This document shows positions 1 through 10,229 of a stretch of DNA of 64,000 nucleotides, one piece after another. Every line of letters starts with the position of its first letter. The first letter of the stretch is position 1. This stretch comes from a virus. The stretch spans positions 32,001-96,000 of the IMG/VR virus record IMGVR_UViG_3300025000_000064; one strand, 5' to 3'. The notes under the pieces were generated by a model. It did no database searches, was not told the origin of the DNA, and saw nothing but the letters and a program-made list of their open reading frames with translations. Made by a program: the position numbers and the translations under genes.

Positions 1-359
1 TTAATTTATTTACATAATCAATAAATATCTTTTTAGCTTCTTTTTCACTTTCTGCAATACATGACTTTTTATATATTGCTTTGCTTAATTTTGTTTGAAA
101 TTCGCAACTATAAAATTTTTGCTTTTCTTTTGGTAAATCTGAAAATAAAACCATGATTACTCCTTAAAATTTTATATTATTTTTTGTTAATAGCTTTCTA
201 TAATAAACACAATCTTTATTTAAATCGTTTATTCTTAATTTTAATCTTACTAACTCTTTGTCTTGAGTTTCAAGAGTGTTTAAATTATATCTTTGTTGAT
301 TTAAATATATATTTTTTAAATTTTCTATTGCTTCAATCATGTTTGTTTCTCTTTCTTAA

Positions 360-548
360 TTAATTTTTATTGTTTATTTCTTCTATAAGATTTAAAATAA
401 AATAACCTTGTTCGATGCTGTAATTATCTGATTTTTTTAAATTTTCATCAAATAAAATACAATCCTCGTTTTTACGTTTATCATATACGGTTAAAATATC
501 TTCTATGTATTCGACTTGATATTTTTTATTTTCGTAAATAATAGCCAT
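360..548 (-). CDS. hypothetical protein
   Basis: 62-aa ORF in a co-oriented run; no recognised motif. Confidence 0.6.
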   Translation of the reverse strand: MAIIYENKKYQVEYIEDILTVYDKRKNEDCILFDENLKKSDNYSIEQGYFILNLIEEINNKN

Positions 549-553
549 CTTGT

Positions 554-985
554 TTAGTCCTCTTCAGATTCTTTTAATATTAACATTATATAATTAAATT
601 GTTCATAAAGAATATTTAAACATTCTTTGATAGCTTCTTTTATTTCTTCTTTTTTTATTTGCTCAATACAATCGTAATATATAGCATTAGTTAAAATATT
701 TATTATTTTATCAATACATGGAATACTTGAATTTTTCAAAATATATTTAACTGTCTTTTTATCATTCTGAAAATCTTTTGTGTTGCCATAACTTCCCGAT
801 AAATATAAATCAAGTAATTGCATGAATTTATAATCATGTCCATTAAAACCATGATTTAAGTCTTTTAAATTCATTAAAAATATTATATCTTCTTTTATTG
901 TCTTTGATAAACAGTTATTTTTATAATCTCTATTATAGCCGTAATTGTCAAGTGTTTGCAATTCTGTTAAATTCTTTTTTGTCAT
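554..985 (-). CDS. hypothetical protein
   Basis: 143-aa ORF with GGAG upstream; no recognised motif. Confidence 0.7.
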   Translation of the reverse strand: MTKKNLTELQTLDNYGYNRDYKNNCLSKTIKEDIIFLMNLKDLNHGFNGHDYKFMQLLDLYLSGSYGNTKDFQNDKKTVKYILKNSSIPCIDKIINILTNAIYYDCIEQIKKEEIKEAIKECLNILYEQFNYIMLILKESEED

Positions 986-1010
986 TGTTTTAAACTCCTA
1001 TTGATTAATT

Positions 1011-1289
1011 TTAATATTTATTAGCTATGTTGTTTTTGCAATAGTTCAATATTCTTTCTTTATAACATGCGTCTATTTCTTCTATTTTTATACCCTTAAC
1101 TAATTCTTTCTTTTGTGTTTGTTCTAGCCATATTTGCCATCTTTTTGATTTATTATTTTCTGTCGTATCAATATTAATAGTAATACATGGGTGAAATGAC
1201 ATTTCTATATCTTTTAAAGATTTAATATAGTTATATTCATCTTTACTTATAAAGCCCCATGTTGTATTATGCAATTTATTCATAACCAT
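1011..1289 (-). CDS. hypothetical protein
   Basis: 92-aa ORF downstream of the promoter at 1328-1355. Confidence 0.65.
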   Translation of the reverse strand: MVMNKLHNTTWGFISKDEYNYIKSLKDIEMSFHPCITINIDTTENNKSKRWQIWLEQTQKKELVKGIKIEEIDACYKERILNYCKNNIANKY

Positions 1290-1327
1290 TTTTCAAACTC
1301 CATTTATTAACTAACTTTTATATAATC

Positions 1328-1355
1328 ATGATAACATCTTATAATAAATTGTCAA
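1328..1355 (-). promoter_or_regulatory. sigma70/sigmaA-type promoter
   Basis: AAAAGG-TTGACA-N16-TATCAT with TG extended -10. Confidence 0.7.
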
Positions 1356-1363
1356 CCTTTTTA

Positions 1364-1609
1364 TTAACTTATTTTAAAAGTATATTCTGATTTATTATTT
1401 AATAAGCCTTTTTGTTTTAACTCTTTTGTTTTCCATTTTAAACTTTGTATTTCTTCATTGCTTAACTGTTTTATATCTAATATTTCTAAAAATATATTAA
1501 AGCTTTTATATTCTTCTAACTCTTTAAAATCAACATATTTATTATATATATTTTCAGAATTTAAGTATTTATAAGTTATATAATACACACTATAAATATA
1601 ATTAATCAT
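1364..1609 (-). CDS. hypothetical protein
   Basis: 81-aa ORF coupled (ATGA overlap) to the upstream ORF. Confidence 0.6.
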   Translation of the reverse strand: MINYIYSVYYITYKYLNSENIYNKYVDFKELEEYKSFNIFLEILDIKQLSNEEIQSLKWKTKELKQKGLLNNKSEYTFKIS

Positions 1610-2121
1610 CTTAAGTCAATCCTTATATCAAATTTATCATTAATAGCATAGTTTATTTTTTCGTTAAATTCTTTTATTTTCTTTTTTAACTCTTCAGATT
1701 CCTCAATTAATCCATCAATAATATCTATTTTATTTTGCTCCCTTGTTTTTATCGCTTGCTCTTTCCTGTAATTCATATTTTTATTTAAATCAGCGATAGC
1801 AACATCGGCAATTATAACGCCATTTTGTTCTACTCCATCCCCATAAGAAGAGGATATAGAGGCATGAACAATATTAATATCATAGCTTACATGCTCAATT
1901 ATCCATGAATTATATTGTGTTTTAAATCTTAAATTTTTGTCAATATTTTTCAAGGCTGTGTCAAGTCTTTTATTGCTTTGTTTACCATCAAATTTTTTAA
2001 TTACTTCTATTATTGCAGGGCAAAGCTTAAAAACTTCCTCTTTCCTCAGCAATTCCTTTTCTATTGAATTAATTTTATTAAGTTTTTCTTCTACTTGTAT
2101 CTTGTCGTCTAATTCTTTCAT
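1606..2121 (-). CDS. hypothetical protein (coiled-coil rich)
   Basis: 171-aa ORF; no recognised motif. Confidence 0.7.
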   Translation of the reverse strand: MKELDDKIQVEEKLNKINSIEKELLRKEEVFKLCPAIIEVIKKFDGKQSNKRLDTALKNIDKNLRFKTQYNSWIIEHVSYDINIVHASISSSYGDGVEQNGVIIADVAIADLNKNMNYRKEQAIKTREQNKIDIIDGLIEESEELKKKIKEFNEKINYAINDKFDIRIDLR

Positions 2122-2302
2122 TTTTGTTAAAATATCGGTTTTTTAGCTTCTTCAAAACTCATGCTTCTTAATTGGCTTGTTAATCCTTTTCTTTGTTCTT
2201 GTAAATTTGTCATTGTTTTATTTTCCTTTTCTTGTTTTAATTAACTACAATATTTTTATAAAATTATACCATTATTTAAATATATTTTAATTGTCAACTA
2301 TT

Positions 2303-2527
2303 TTAATAAATATTTTTATCTTCTTTTATATTTTTTAATTCAATAAATAAATTTAAATTATTATCAATATATTCAAGTATATTAATATATTTGCAATCTG
2401 TTTTAATTATATCATTAGCTATTTTACATATTAAATTACCATATTCTTTTTCAAGATGTTTTTGAGCATTTTCTATTGTTTCATGCTCTTTATCGTCTAA
2501 AGTTTTATATTTTAATATTTCTATCAT
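2303..2527 (-). CDS. hypothetical protein
   Basis: 74-aa ORF, TAATG-coupled. Confidence 0.6.
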   Translation of the reverse strand: MIEILKYKTLDDKEHETIENAQKHLEKEYGNLICKIANDIIKTDCKYINILEYIDNNLNLFIELKNIKEDKNIY

Positions 2528-2889
2528 TATAAAATTATCCTTTCAATTTCTCTTAAATAATCATGAAAATTATATTTTTTATATACTGTTTTTTGTTCCT
2601 CTTCGTTTAATTTTAATTCTGTTAAACTGCTTTTTGCTGATTCGTTTATATAATAAATATCTTGAATTTGATAATACTCTGTGTCAAATTCACAATCAAT
2701 ATTTTTGCATATTATTTTAAAATACTCATTGTTTTTTGTTTCATAATCATAAGATACAGGAATTTTAAAAACAATTTCTTTTGATATTTCAATATTGTTT
2801 AAAAACTCTTCTTTGTCTTCTTCTGTTTTTAATTCGTCATCAAATAAACTTGTATTTAAATTGACTTTTAATAACTCTGTAATTTGCAT
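2527..2889 (-). CDS. hypothetical protein
   Basis: 120-aa acidic ORF. Confidence 0.65.
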   Translation of the reverse strand: MQITELLKVNLNTSLFDDELKTEEDKEEFLNNIEISKEIVFKIPVSYDYETKNNEYFKIICKNIDCEFDTEYYQIQDIYYINESAKSSLTELKLNEEEQKTVYKKYNFHDYLREIERIIL

Positions 2890-3073
2890 TTTATTAACCC
2901 TTTCTTTTTACTCTGTTAATTTTTTTGTGTTCATTTAAAATTAAATCTGTTATTAAATCCGATTCACTTCTTTTATGTTTTTCCTCTTTTATTTCCTCCA
3001 GTTTTTCTATGACTTCAGAATCAAATTTCCAATTTTTTCTTTTTGTTCCCATGCTTGTTCCCTTTATATAATA

Positions 3074-3616
3074 TTAATAACCATATATTCCTTTTATATA
3101 ATGTCCCATAGGCTTAGTGTAATAGTTTAATAATGAACGGCTTATTTCTTCATTATTATAAATCTTATTACATAAATTATCTATATTATCAGAGTTTCTT
3201 ATTTCTCTAAATTCTATATAGTTTGTGCCGTCATGGTGATAACCTTCAAATTTTATATTATAGTTATCGGTATATATTTTATATTCGTCACAGCTAAAAG
3301 AGGCTATAACATCATTTAAATTATTACCTATTATTTTATAGCCTGATTTTTTGCCGTTCCATAACCCCATTGAAGCGATACATATAATATTATTATCAAG
3401 AGTTTTATTTAAATTTTCTTTTTCATCATTATAAAATAAATTAATATCTTCGCATATACAATCTGATAAACTTTCTATTGTATCTTTTTCCTCACCTTCC
3501 ATGCGATTTTCATTTTCTGCATTTACAAAATCTTGCAATTCTTCATCCGTATAAAAACCATAAGTTTTAAAAATTAGATGTTCTTTAACTTGGTATTTTC
3601 TTTTTGTTTTAATCAT
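3074..3616 (-). CDS. hypothetical protein
   Basis: ORF track gives 3670; start moved to the ATG (MIKTK) preceded by GGAG. Confidence 0.7.
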   Translation of the reverse strand: MIKTKRKYQVKEHLIFKTYGFYTDEELQDFVNAENENRMEGEEKDTIESLSDCICEDINLFYNDEKENLNKTLDNNIICIASMGLWNGKKSGYKIIGNNLNDVIASFSCDEYKIYTDNYNIKFEGYHHDGTNYIEFREIRNSDNIDNLCNKIYNNEEISRSLLNYYTKPMGHYIKGIYGY

Positions 3617-3960
3617 TTTATAAACTCCGTTTACTTCCAACAAAATTAAATATAAACGATTCAATTTCAAAAGTCAACCTTTTATTTTAAATGTAAATAT
3701 TTTGTTACAATTCAGCTATATTCAATCTATATTTAAAATTTTAAAAAACTTATATGTATAAATAACTTTACAAAAACTTCTAAAAGCGTTATTTTCAATC
3801 TATGACTAGATTTAAGGCAATTTATAAAATATAATTGTTTTATTCCAGTAAAAAATATTTTATTTAAATTCCTATAACATATTTTATATGTATAAAGAAA
3901 ATAAATAAAATAACACAAAAGTTTTATTTGTCAATATTAATTTTTGACATTAATTTTATA

Positions 3961-3982
3961 TTTTAGAAATGCATTTCTAAAA
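3961..3982. repeat. perfect 22-bp palindrome TTTTAGAAATGCATTTCTAAAA
   Basis: read directly; intergenic. Confidence 0.9.
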
Positions 3983-4062
3983 CTTTGTATTTTTGCATGC
4001 TTTTAGAAGTAGAATTTAAAAACCTTTATAGTTGCAAAAATATATTTCTTGAATATGAGCAA

Positions 4063-4203
4063 AAAATGAAAGTAGTTCGAGCCTTCAAAATGAAAAAGTG
4101 CTTGAGTGGATAATTGCACATGCACATGCAATTGCGACAGCATGAGCTGTGCTAAGTAAAATCAAAAGTGGTTCGAGTCGATAAAATGAAAAGGTGTTCG
4201 AGC
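4063..4203 (+). repeat. four ~21-nt degenerate direct repeats (AAAAT[G/C]AAA...GTTCGAG) flanking an inverted repeat
   Basis: copies at 4063, 4087, 4158, 4183; AATTGCA/TGCAATT at 4112-4133. Confidence 0.7.
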
Positions 4204-4211
4204 TGAAAATT

Positions 4212-4439
4212 TTATCTTGTTCGTTTAGGCTTAGGTTTATTTTTAATATGTTCTCTTGTAGAAAGAATAGCTTTAACGTCATCTGCATAAATCTCAGATG
4301 CAAAATCGTTTCCGCAACAATTATTATTTAATTCCCAACACTCATCATAAATTCCACCATGTTGCCTACATAGTTGCAATATAGCCAATAATCTTTTTGT
4401 GGATTTCCTTTGAAGTTCTTCTATTGGAAATTTAGCCAT
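4212..4439 (-). CDS. hypothetical protein
   Basis: 75-aa ORF. Confidence 0.6.
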   Translation of the reverse strand: MAKFPIEELQRKSTKRLLAILQLCRQHGGIYDECWELNNNCCGNDFASEIYADDVKAILSTREHIKNKPKPKRTR

Positions 4440-4598
4440 TTTATTTTATACTCCAATATGTTCTTTTTTATAAATCTTTTAATTATCTTGAAACATAAAT
4501 TTCAGCTTCTGGATATTCTTTGCATTTTTCTAAATATCTATCAACAAATTTTAACAAACCTTCATAATTACCCCATCCATTTATTAACCTCTTTATCC

Positions 4599-4952
4599 TT
4601 ATATTGCTTCTTCCATTAACTTTTTTAATTCTAAAGGTATTGCTTCGTTGCTGAATAGTTTATAATAATATTCCCTTTTTGGAATAAATTCATTGATAGC
4701 AATTATATTATTTATTATATTGCAAATATCAATTTTCTTTATGTATTCTTTTAATTTGGAATTATTCTTTTTCATATTGCATGATTTGCATGAGATAAAA
4801 TAATTATCCAATCTGTTTTCACCGCCTCTAAATTTTGCTTTTATATGGTCAACAGTTACGGTATGCATATTTACTTCTTCGCCACAATAAGCACAGGGAA
4901 TCTTATGAGCTACAGCTATATTTTTTATTCTCTTTTGTGTTACATTGCACAT
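4599..4952 (-). CDS. HNH endonuclease (McrA-like, Zn-binding)
   Basis: CAYCG...TVDHIKAK..GG.N...CKSCNMKK. Confidence 0.85.
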   Translation of the reverse strand: MCNVTQKRIKNIAVAHKIPCAYCGEEVNMHTVTVDHIKAKFRGGENRLDNYFISCKSCNMKKNNSKLKEYIKKIDICNIINNIIAINEFIPKREYYYKLFSNEAIPLELKKLMEEAI

Positions 4953-5382
4953 ATCAATCTCTTTTTCTGGCGAATATTGTTATTCTCACATTAATACCCT
5001 TAATTTTTTTTACAATATTTAAATCTTTATAAGTGTTTTCAAATCTGCAATAAGACATGTTTGACATTATTGCTTCTCCTTATTTATAATTTGTAACCGA
5101 AGGACACATAAGCTAAAATCTTCACATTTTTCCTTATTTAATAAACTTTCTTCTCTTTTTTTATCACCATTAACTTTGCAACTAAATCTTCTATCATTTT
5201 CACATATATCACATTGAGTTATCATTTTGTAAAACCTTTCTCAATTATACAATTTGCAGTTTCTTGTTCTACTTCCATGAACATCAAATTGCAATTTTTA
5301 CATATAATCACATCCACATAATTGGGCAGATATATTCTGCTTTTTATAAAGCCCTTATTGCCACATAGACAAGTTCTTTCCA

Positions 5383-5757
5383 TTATTTAATTACCTCTTT
5401 TAATTTTTCCTGTATTAAATTAAATCCTATTTCGTTTCTGTCTACATTTAATATCTTAGAGCATTTATCAATATGTTCTTCAATCATATTTCTGCTATTT
5501 TCATAATAAGAAATAAACTTGCCGAGTTCTAAAACAAAATACTGAAGGTCTTCTTTATCTATGTCTTCTATACTTATTGTTTGCCATTCATCCTGTCCAC
5601 ACCATTCTCTTCTTTCAATAGTAAATTTATTTATAGCATAACTTCCGTTTTCATTTAGTTCAACATCTTTATTTTTTATTACTCTATAACTATAATAACC
5701 TCTTATTCTTGATATTACATTATTGCTATGCCATTTTGTTGATTCAATTCTATTCAT
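5383..5757 (-). CDS. hypothetical protein
   Basis: 124-aa ORF with GGAG RBS. Confidence 0.65.
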   Translation of the reverse strand: MNRIESTKWHSNNVISRIRGYYSYRVIKNKDVELNENGSYAINKFTIERREWCGQDEWQTISIEDIDKEDLQYFVLELGKFISYYENSRNMIEEHIDKCSKILNVDRNEIGFNLIQEKLKEVIK

Positions 5758-5770
5758 TTTTTTATTCTCC

Positions 5771-6535
5771 TTAACGATTTATTACCAAAATACAAGTTTC
5801 AACCAATGTTCCTGATTCTTTAAATGCTCCTTTATCTAATTTAATAATCTCTGCATTATTATCTTCAACAAATTGCTTAAATAATTTATCCTTTTTTGAA
5901 GAATTAAACTGCCATGATGGTGGGCAAATTGCAACCATATTTCCACCTTTATTTAAAAGACTATATGCTTTCATTATATGGTCAATATAGGCATTTTTTG
6001 AGAAAGGAGGATTCATTATAATACAATCGTATTTAATGTCCTCATTTGCCTTCAGAAAGTCCTCTCCTAGATAGTTGATATTGCTGCTTAAATTATCCTG
6101 TAAATATTTTACATTAACATTGAAAGCTTCATAGCAATCAATTTTAATATCATTATGATAATTTTTCAACGCTTTTATCAAAGCACCCTTTCCAGCAGAG
6201 GGTTCTAATATTCTTGACTTTAAAGTTTTTGATGGAGTTTCATGCCAATTATAACATGCTAAATCTGCAACCATATTTGCTACTTCTTCTGGGGTTTCAA
6301 AAAATTGGTATTCTTTTTTTAAATTAATCGAGTCTCCGTTGCATATATCTTCAAAATAATCAAGGCAACCTTCTTCAAAAACAAATCCTTGTACTTTCTT
6401 TGTCCATTTGCCTGATATTAATTCAATCTTTTTTGCAACATCTTGATATAATTTTCTTTCCATTTTAATATCTGGAAGCTTCAATACATTATCTTCAATT
6501 GTGCATTGTTTTAATATTTCTAATACTTGACTCAT
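5771..6535 (-). CDS. amino (probably N6-adenine) DNA methyltransferase
   Basis: FFETP, ILEPSAGKG (motif I), MNPPF (motif IV). Confidence 0.85.
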   Translation of the reverse strand: MSQVLEILKQCTIEDNVLKLPDIKMERKLYQDVAKKIELISGKWTKKVQGFVFEEGCLDYFEDICNGDSINLKKEYQFFETPEEVANMVADLACYNWHETPSKTLKSRILEPSAGKGALIKALKNYHNDIKIDCYEAFNVNVKYLQDNLSSNINYLGEDFLKANEDIKYDCIIMNPPFSKNAYIDHIMKAYSLLNKGGNMVAICPPSWQFNSSKKDKLFKQFVEDNNAEIIKLDKGAFKESGTLVETCILVINR

Positions 6536-6660
6536 TTTTACAGTTCCTCTATTAATTCTTTAAACTCAGGCAATATAGCTTTTCTTTTTATCCATTCTTT
6601 AAAAGCTATTTCTAATACTTCTTTATGGTTTTGTTTTTCTTTCTCGCTCATATATTCCTC

Positions 6661-6894
6661 TTAAAAATTTAATATTGGTTGCTCTACATATCCCTTTATC
6701 GGATTAATCTTATGAACAATAACCCAATCATTTTCTGACAATCTAAACCCATGAACATCTTCAAGTCTTATGTTATTTGATTTAGCATATTCTCTCATTT
6801 GCCAATCTCCTAGCATTTTTGTTTCGTAATGTTTTTTAGAATAGATATTAAATCCATTGTTTTCTATTTCTTTCCAGCTCCAATTTATTGACAT
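6661..6894 (-). CDS. hypothetical protein
   Basis: 77-aa ORF downstream of the promoter at 6925-6952. Confidence 0.6.
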   Translation of the reverse strand: MSINWSWKEIENNGFNIYSKKHYETKMLGDWQMREYAKSNNIRLEDVHGFRLSENDWVIVHKINPIKGYVEQPILNF

Positions 6895-6924
6895 ATATCG
6901 TTTCCTTTAGTTTGTTACATATTC

Positions 6925-6952
6925 ATGATATCACAGATGATGTTTTTGTCAA
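6925..6952 (-). promoter_or_regulatory. sigma70/sigmaA-type promoter
   Basis: AAAAGG-TTGACA-N16-TATCAT with TG. Confidence 0.7.
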
Positions 6953-6983
6953 CCTTTTATTCAATACCTATTGTTTTAGATAT

Positions 6984-7187
6984 TTATTTTACCTCACAAT
7001 GTTCTATTGTTATTAAAATCACATATTGAAGTGCATCTTTGAATCCTTGCTCGTGGTAATAATCTTCCGTTGATTCTTGGTTTTCGCACATTGAATTGCT
7101 TTCCTTATAATCATTAATAATTTTTTCAGCCAATTCAGTATCAATAAAACATTTTCTAAATTTATTTAAAGCTTCTTCGGTTAACAT
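6984..7187 (-). CDS. hypothetical protein
   Basis: 67-aa ORF with AGGAG RBS. Confidence 0.6.
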   Translation of the reverse strand: MLTEEALNKFRKCFIDTELAEKIINDYKESNSMCENQESTEDYYHEQGFKDALQYVILITIEHCEVK

Positions 7188-7198
7188 ATTATTTCTCC

Positions 7199-7618
7199 TT
7201 ATTTAATACCAATTATTGCTTTAATTTGATACATTTTATTTAATGATTCAGGGAAACCATATTTTGCCTCTATATAAGAATATAAAAATGATAATACAAT
7301 TTCCAAATTTATGATACTATTTGTGTCGTTTATTTCTTTCTTTTCATGGTTAATATAAAAATCATCAAACCATTTTCCAAAAGATTCTTCTGTTGGCTCT
7401 ACTGTCTGTAAAGCCTCTAATCTTCTTTTATATAAATCCAATAAAGACACTTTCTTATTAATATCTTGGACAAGTGAAGCCTCTTTATATAACAAAAAAC
7501 CTATTTTGAATGAGTCCTCATTAATGTCTTTTTGCAAATCTTCTTTATTGTATTTAATTGCATCAGTTAATCTTTCTGTTGTTTCTTCTAACTTTTGTGC
7601 ATTGCTTTTTCTACCCAT
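7199..7618 (-). CDS. hypothetical protein
   Basis: 139-aa ORF. Confidence 0.65.
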   Translation of the reverse strand: MGRKSNAQKLEETTERLTDAIKYNKEDLQKDINEDSFKIGFLLYKEASLVQDINKKVSLLDLYKRRLEALQTVEPTEESFGKWFDDFYINHEKKEINDTNSIINLEIVLSFLYSYIEAKYGFPESLNKMYQIKAIIGIK

Positions 7619-7630
7619 TGTTTTGTCCTT

Positions 7631-7870
7631 TTATTTCAAATAACAATCATTTAAATAAACAATATCTATTCTTCTGGCAAGCATTTTGCATTGTATTGTA
7701 TGTATATCTTCTTTTGTTCCAGATATTGTTATTTTTGTTTCTTCGTTTGTATTGATATTATTTTCCAACATCATCATGCTTATTTCCTCATCAAAGCATG
7801 GATAATCTTGCTTGAATACTTCTAGTTCTGCTTTATTCTCAAACGCTATTTCTAAAGATGTTCTAATCAT
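7631..7870 (-). CDS. hypothetical protein
   Basis: 79-aa ORF. Confidence 0.6.
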   Translation of the reverse strand: MIRTSLEIAFENKAELEVFKQDYPCFDEEISMMMLENNINTNEETKITISGTKEDIHTIQCKMLARRIDIVYLNDCYLK

Positions 7871-8087
7871 GACAATCCCCTAATTATTTAAACCTAATAC
7901 ATCTGAAGCGAAAGTACCAAAATCATAATATGTATCTGTTAGTTTGTTTGATTTGCAGAAAAACATAAATGATGTAAAGTCTTTGGCTAAGCTTTTACCA
8001 ATGCAAAAGTTATCAAACCAATATCTGATGTTTTCTATTTCTTCGTTGTACGTCATAGATTCTCCTTACCTTTGCTTCCACTCTATT

Positions 8088-8116
8088 ATCTTAATCTGTA
8101 ATATATATTTTGTCAA
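8088..8116 (-). promoter_or_regulatory. sigma70/sigmaA-type promoter
   Basis: AAAGG-TTGACA-N17-TAAGAT. Confidence 0.65.
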
Positions 8117-8125
8117 CCTTTATTT

Positions 8126-8350
8126 TTATTTGTTACAATAAATTAATCTTTTCAAGTATTTATTCAATAATACCCAATCATATCCTATCTTCTCAAAGTT
8201 ATATGTTTTGCCAAATATTTTTAAAGAAGGTATTCCGTCATTATATATTAATTTCCTTCTTCCTGCAAATGGCACTGTGATATATCCACCCTGAATATAG
8301 TTACTGGATAAAACTAAATCTTTCCCTTTTATAATTTCAGATATGTGCAT
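8126..8350 (-). CDS. hypothetical protein
   Basis: 74-aa ORF. Confidence 0.6.
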   Translation of the reverse strand: MHISEIIKGKDLVLSSNYIQGGYITVPFAGRRKLIYNDGIPSLKIFGKTYNFEKIGYDWVLLNKYLKRLIYCNK

Positions 8351-8388
8351 TTAAATTATTCCCCTATTTAATTTGTTTTATCTTTTAG

Positions 8389-8664
8389 TTATGTATAAAA
8401 GAACCACATTGTTGCTCTAGGATTAAATCTTGCTAATTCTTCTATCTCGTAATCAGTTAAACCAATATCTTTCATATCTTCTTTAGAAGCATAATCTTTT
8501 ATATCAAAACTTCTGAGTATTTGTTGTTCTTCTTCAATTAATTTTCTTAAAAAAGTTATTTCTACTATACGACCATCTGAATGGATAACCTCAGATTGAA
8601 TTCGTGCTTTATTATCTATCTTATATATTGTATTAATTATTGTTTTAAATTTTTTAATGTCCAT
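8389..8664 (-). CDS. hypothetical protein
   Basis: 91-aa ORF. Confidence 0.6.
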   Translation of the reverse strand: MDIKKFKTIINTIYKIDNKARIQSEVIHSDGRIVEITFLRKLIEEEQQILRSFDIKDYASKEDMKDIGLTDYEIEELARFNPRATMWFFYT

Positions 8665-8959
8665 TTATAACTTCTTTCTTTTTACTTGGATAAACATTAT
8701 AAGCTGATGTTAGAACAGTAACTTTCTTGCCTGTTTGATTTGCTAAAGACTGAGCTTCTTTCAATGCAGAATCTAAGCCAGAACAGACAGGAGTTTCTTT
8801 GTGTTTAAAATTAAAATATGGTATTAGATTTAATAATTGTTCTAATTTACCTTTTTTGAGTTTTGCTTTTCTTTTTGAATCCAAATGTTTATAGTGATTA
8901 TCTTTTGGGCTTCCTGATACAATACAGATTGAATACTTTCTTTTGTCTTCTTTAATCAT
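8654..8959 (-). CDS. hypothetical protein
   Basis: 101-aa basic ORF. Confidence 0.6.
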   Translation of the reverse strand: MIKEDKRKYSICIVSGSPKDNHYKHLDSKRKAKLKKGKLEQLLNLIPYFNFKHKETPVCSGLDSALKEAQSLANQTGKKVTVLTSAYNVYPSKKKEVINGH

Positions 8960-8960
8960 T

Positions 8961-9146
8961 CTAATTCTCCTTATTTATTTTTTCCATATATTCATTAACT
9001 TTTCTTAATTTAATCTTGCTTTTTGCGATGTTTGCCAATGTTGACAATATCTTTATTTTTTTGCCTTCCAATTCTTCTATATTATTCTTTGCTTCCGTTG
9101 TTAGCCTAAACATCTTTCTTTCTGTTTTTATTTCTTTTTTAATCAT
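8961..9146 (-). CDS. hypothetical protein
   Basis: 61-aa basic ORF with GGAG RBS. Confidence 0.55.
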   Translation of the reverse strand: MIKKEIKTERKMFRLTTEAKNNIEELEGKKIKILSTLANIAKSKIKLRKVNEYMEKINKEN

Positions 9147-9156
9147 TTATTTCTCC

Positions 9157-9450
9157 TTATATAAACAGTTCGCTCCATTCATAATCTAACTCTACAATGT
9201 TTTTTAAAGCTATATCATTATATCTTTTATTATAGTTTAAATTATTTAATCTCAAACAAAATAAAAAATAAAACAATTGAGATATTGCACTATGCTCTTT
9301 TATGCTGAATTTTACCATTAGAAACTTAACGGCATTATAGAATATATCTAAATTAAAACAATGCCTTACTCCTGTTCCTGAGATAACATATCCTGTTTTA
9401 CTATTTAATTTGTTTGTAACTAATTTTCTCGCAAAATTATAGCCTTTCAT
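9157..9450 (-). CDS. hypothetical protein
   Basis: 97-aa ORF with AGGAG RBS. Confidence 0.6.
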   Translation of the reverse strand: MKGYNFARKLVTNKLNSKTGYVISGTGVRHCFNLDIFYNAVKFLMVKFSIKEHSAISQLFYFLFCLRLNNLNYNKRYNDIALKNIVELDYEWSELFI

Positions 9451-9463
9451 ATTTTCTCCTTTG

Positions 9464-10123
9464 TTAATTGCCTTCTAACTGTGAATTATTTGTTCTGTAA
9501 ATAGCATCTTTTTTTATTTTATCCAAAAAAACGTATTGTTCAGCGGTCATATTGTCATGATAAAAAATAGTATTATTCTGTACTTTAACCCATATTTTTT
9601 CTAAATCGCATTCCTTTTGTTTTAAAATATGTTCCACTAAACTTCTATGACTGCCAGAACCAACACCAATAATAGAGCCATCTGGTAGCAACCAAAAATT
9701 ATTATAGTTTTTGTAAATTTCCATATCATAAAAGAAATAAACCAACGCTCTTGTTTCTTTTGCTTTTATTTTGTTAAATAAAATATCAAATGCTTGGTTA
9801 TATCTTCCCACTTTTTCTGTTAAGTGAGATAGTATAAAATGATACAAATATTTTCCATCTTTGCAGGAATTTTCGTCAATAGGAACACAGGCAAAAGTCC
9901 AATCATATTTTTCTAGATTTAATTGTTTTGCTTTGTCGGCAATAAGCCTTTCTGCTTGGTCTATAAAGCTAGCATGGTTGCCTTTTCTCCAATTAAATTC
10001 TGGCAAGCAAATCAGCTCTTCGTACTCAATTCCAGAATGGAGATATATTAATTTTAAACAATTTCTACTGTCTGTATCTTTGTTCATTTTCTTTCCTACG
10101 AATGTCTTAATTTTATTACTCAA
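9464..10123 (-). CDS. hypothetical protein
   Basis: 219-aa ORF with TTG start, downstream of the promoter at 10148. Confidence 0.7.
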   Translation of the reverse strand: MSNKIKTFVGKKMNKDTDSRNCLKLIYLHSGIEYEELICLPEFNWRKGNHASFIDQAERLIADKAKQLNLEKYDWTFACVPIDENSCKDGKYLYHFILSHLTEKVGRYNQAFDILFNKIKAKETRALVYFFYDMEIYKNYNNFWLLPDGSIIGVGSGSHRSLVEHILKQKECDLEKIWVKVQNNTIFYHDNMTAEQYVFLDKIKKDAIYRTNNSQLEGN

Positions 10124-10147
10124 CGATATTGCTTTATCATGATTATC

Positions 10148-10176
10148 ATCTTAAACCATAACAAAATAAATGTCAA
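10148..10176 (-). promoter_or_regulatory. sigma70/sigmaA-type promoter
   Basis: AGG-TTGACA-N17-TAAGAT. Confidence 0.65.
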
Positions 10177-10211
10177 CCTATTTCATAAAATAAAATAATA
10201 CTTAATAAAAA

Positions 10212-10229
10212 TAGTGCATTTCTGCACTA
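10212..10229 (-). terminator. intrinsic terminator closing the MII-array operon
   Basis: TAGTGCA-GAAA-TGCACTA followed by a U-tract on the minus strand. Confidence 0.75.

Noticed and set aside
4063-4203. Mini-CRISPR array
   Set aside because: Repeats are degenerate, about 21 nt, with only 3-4 nt between paired copies, and no cas genes are present.
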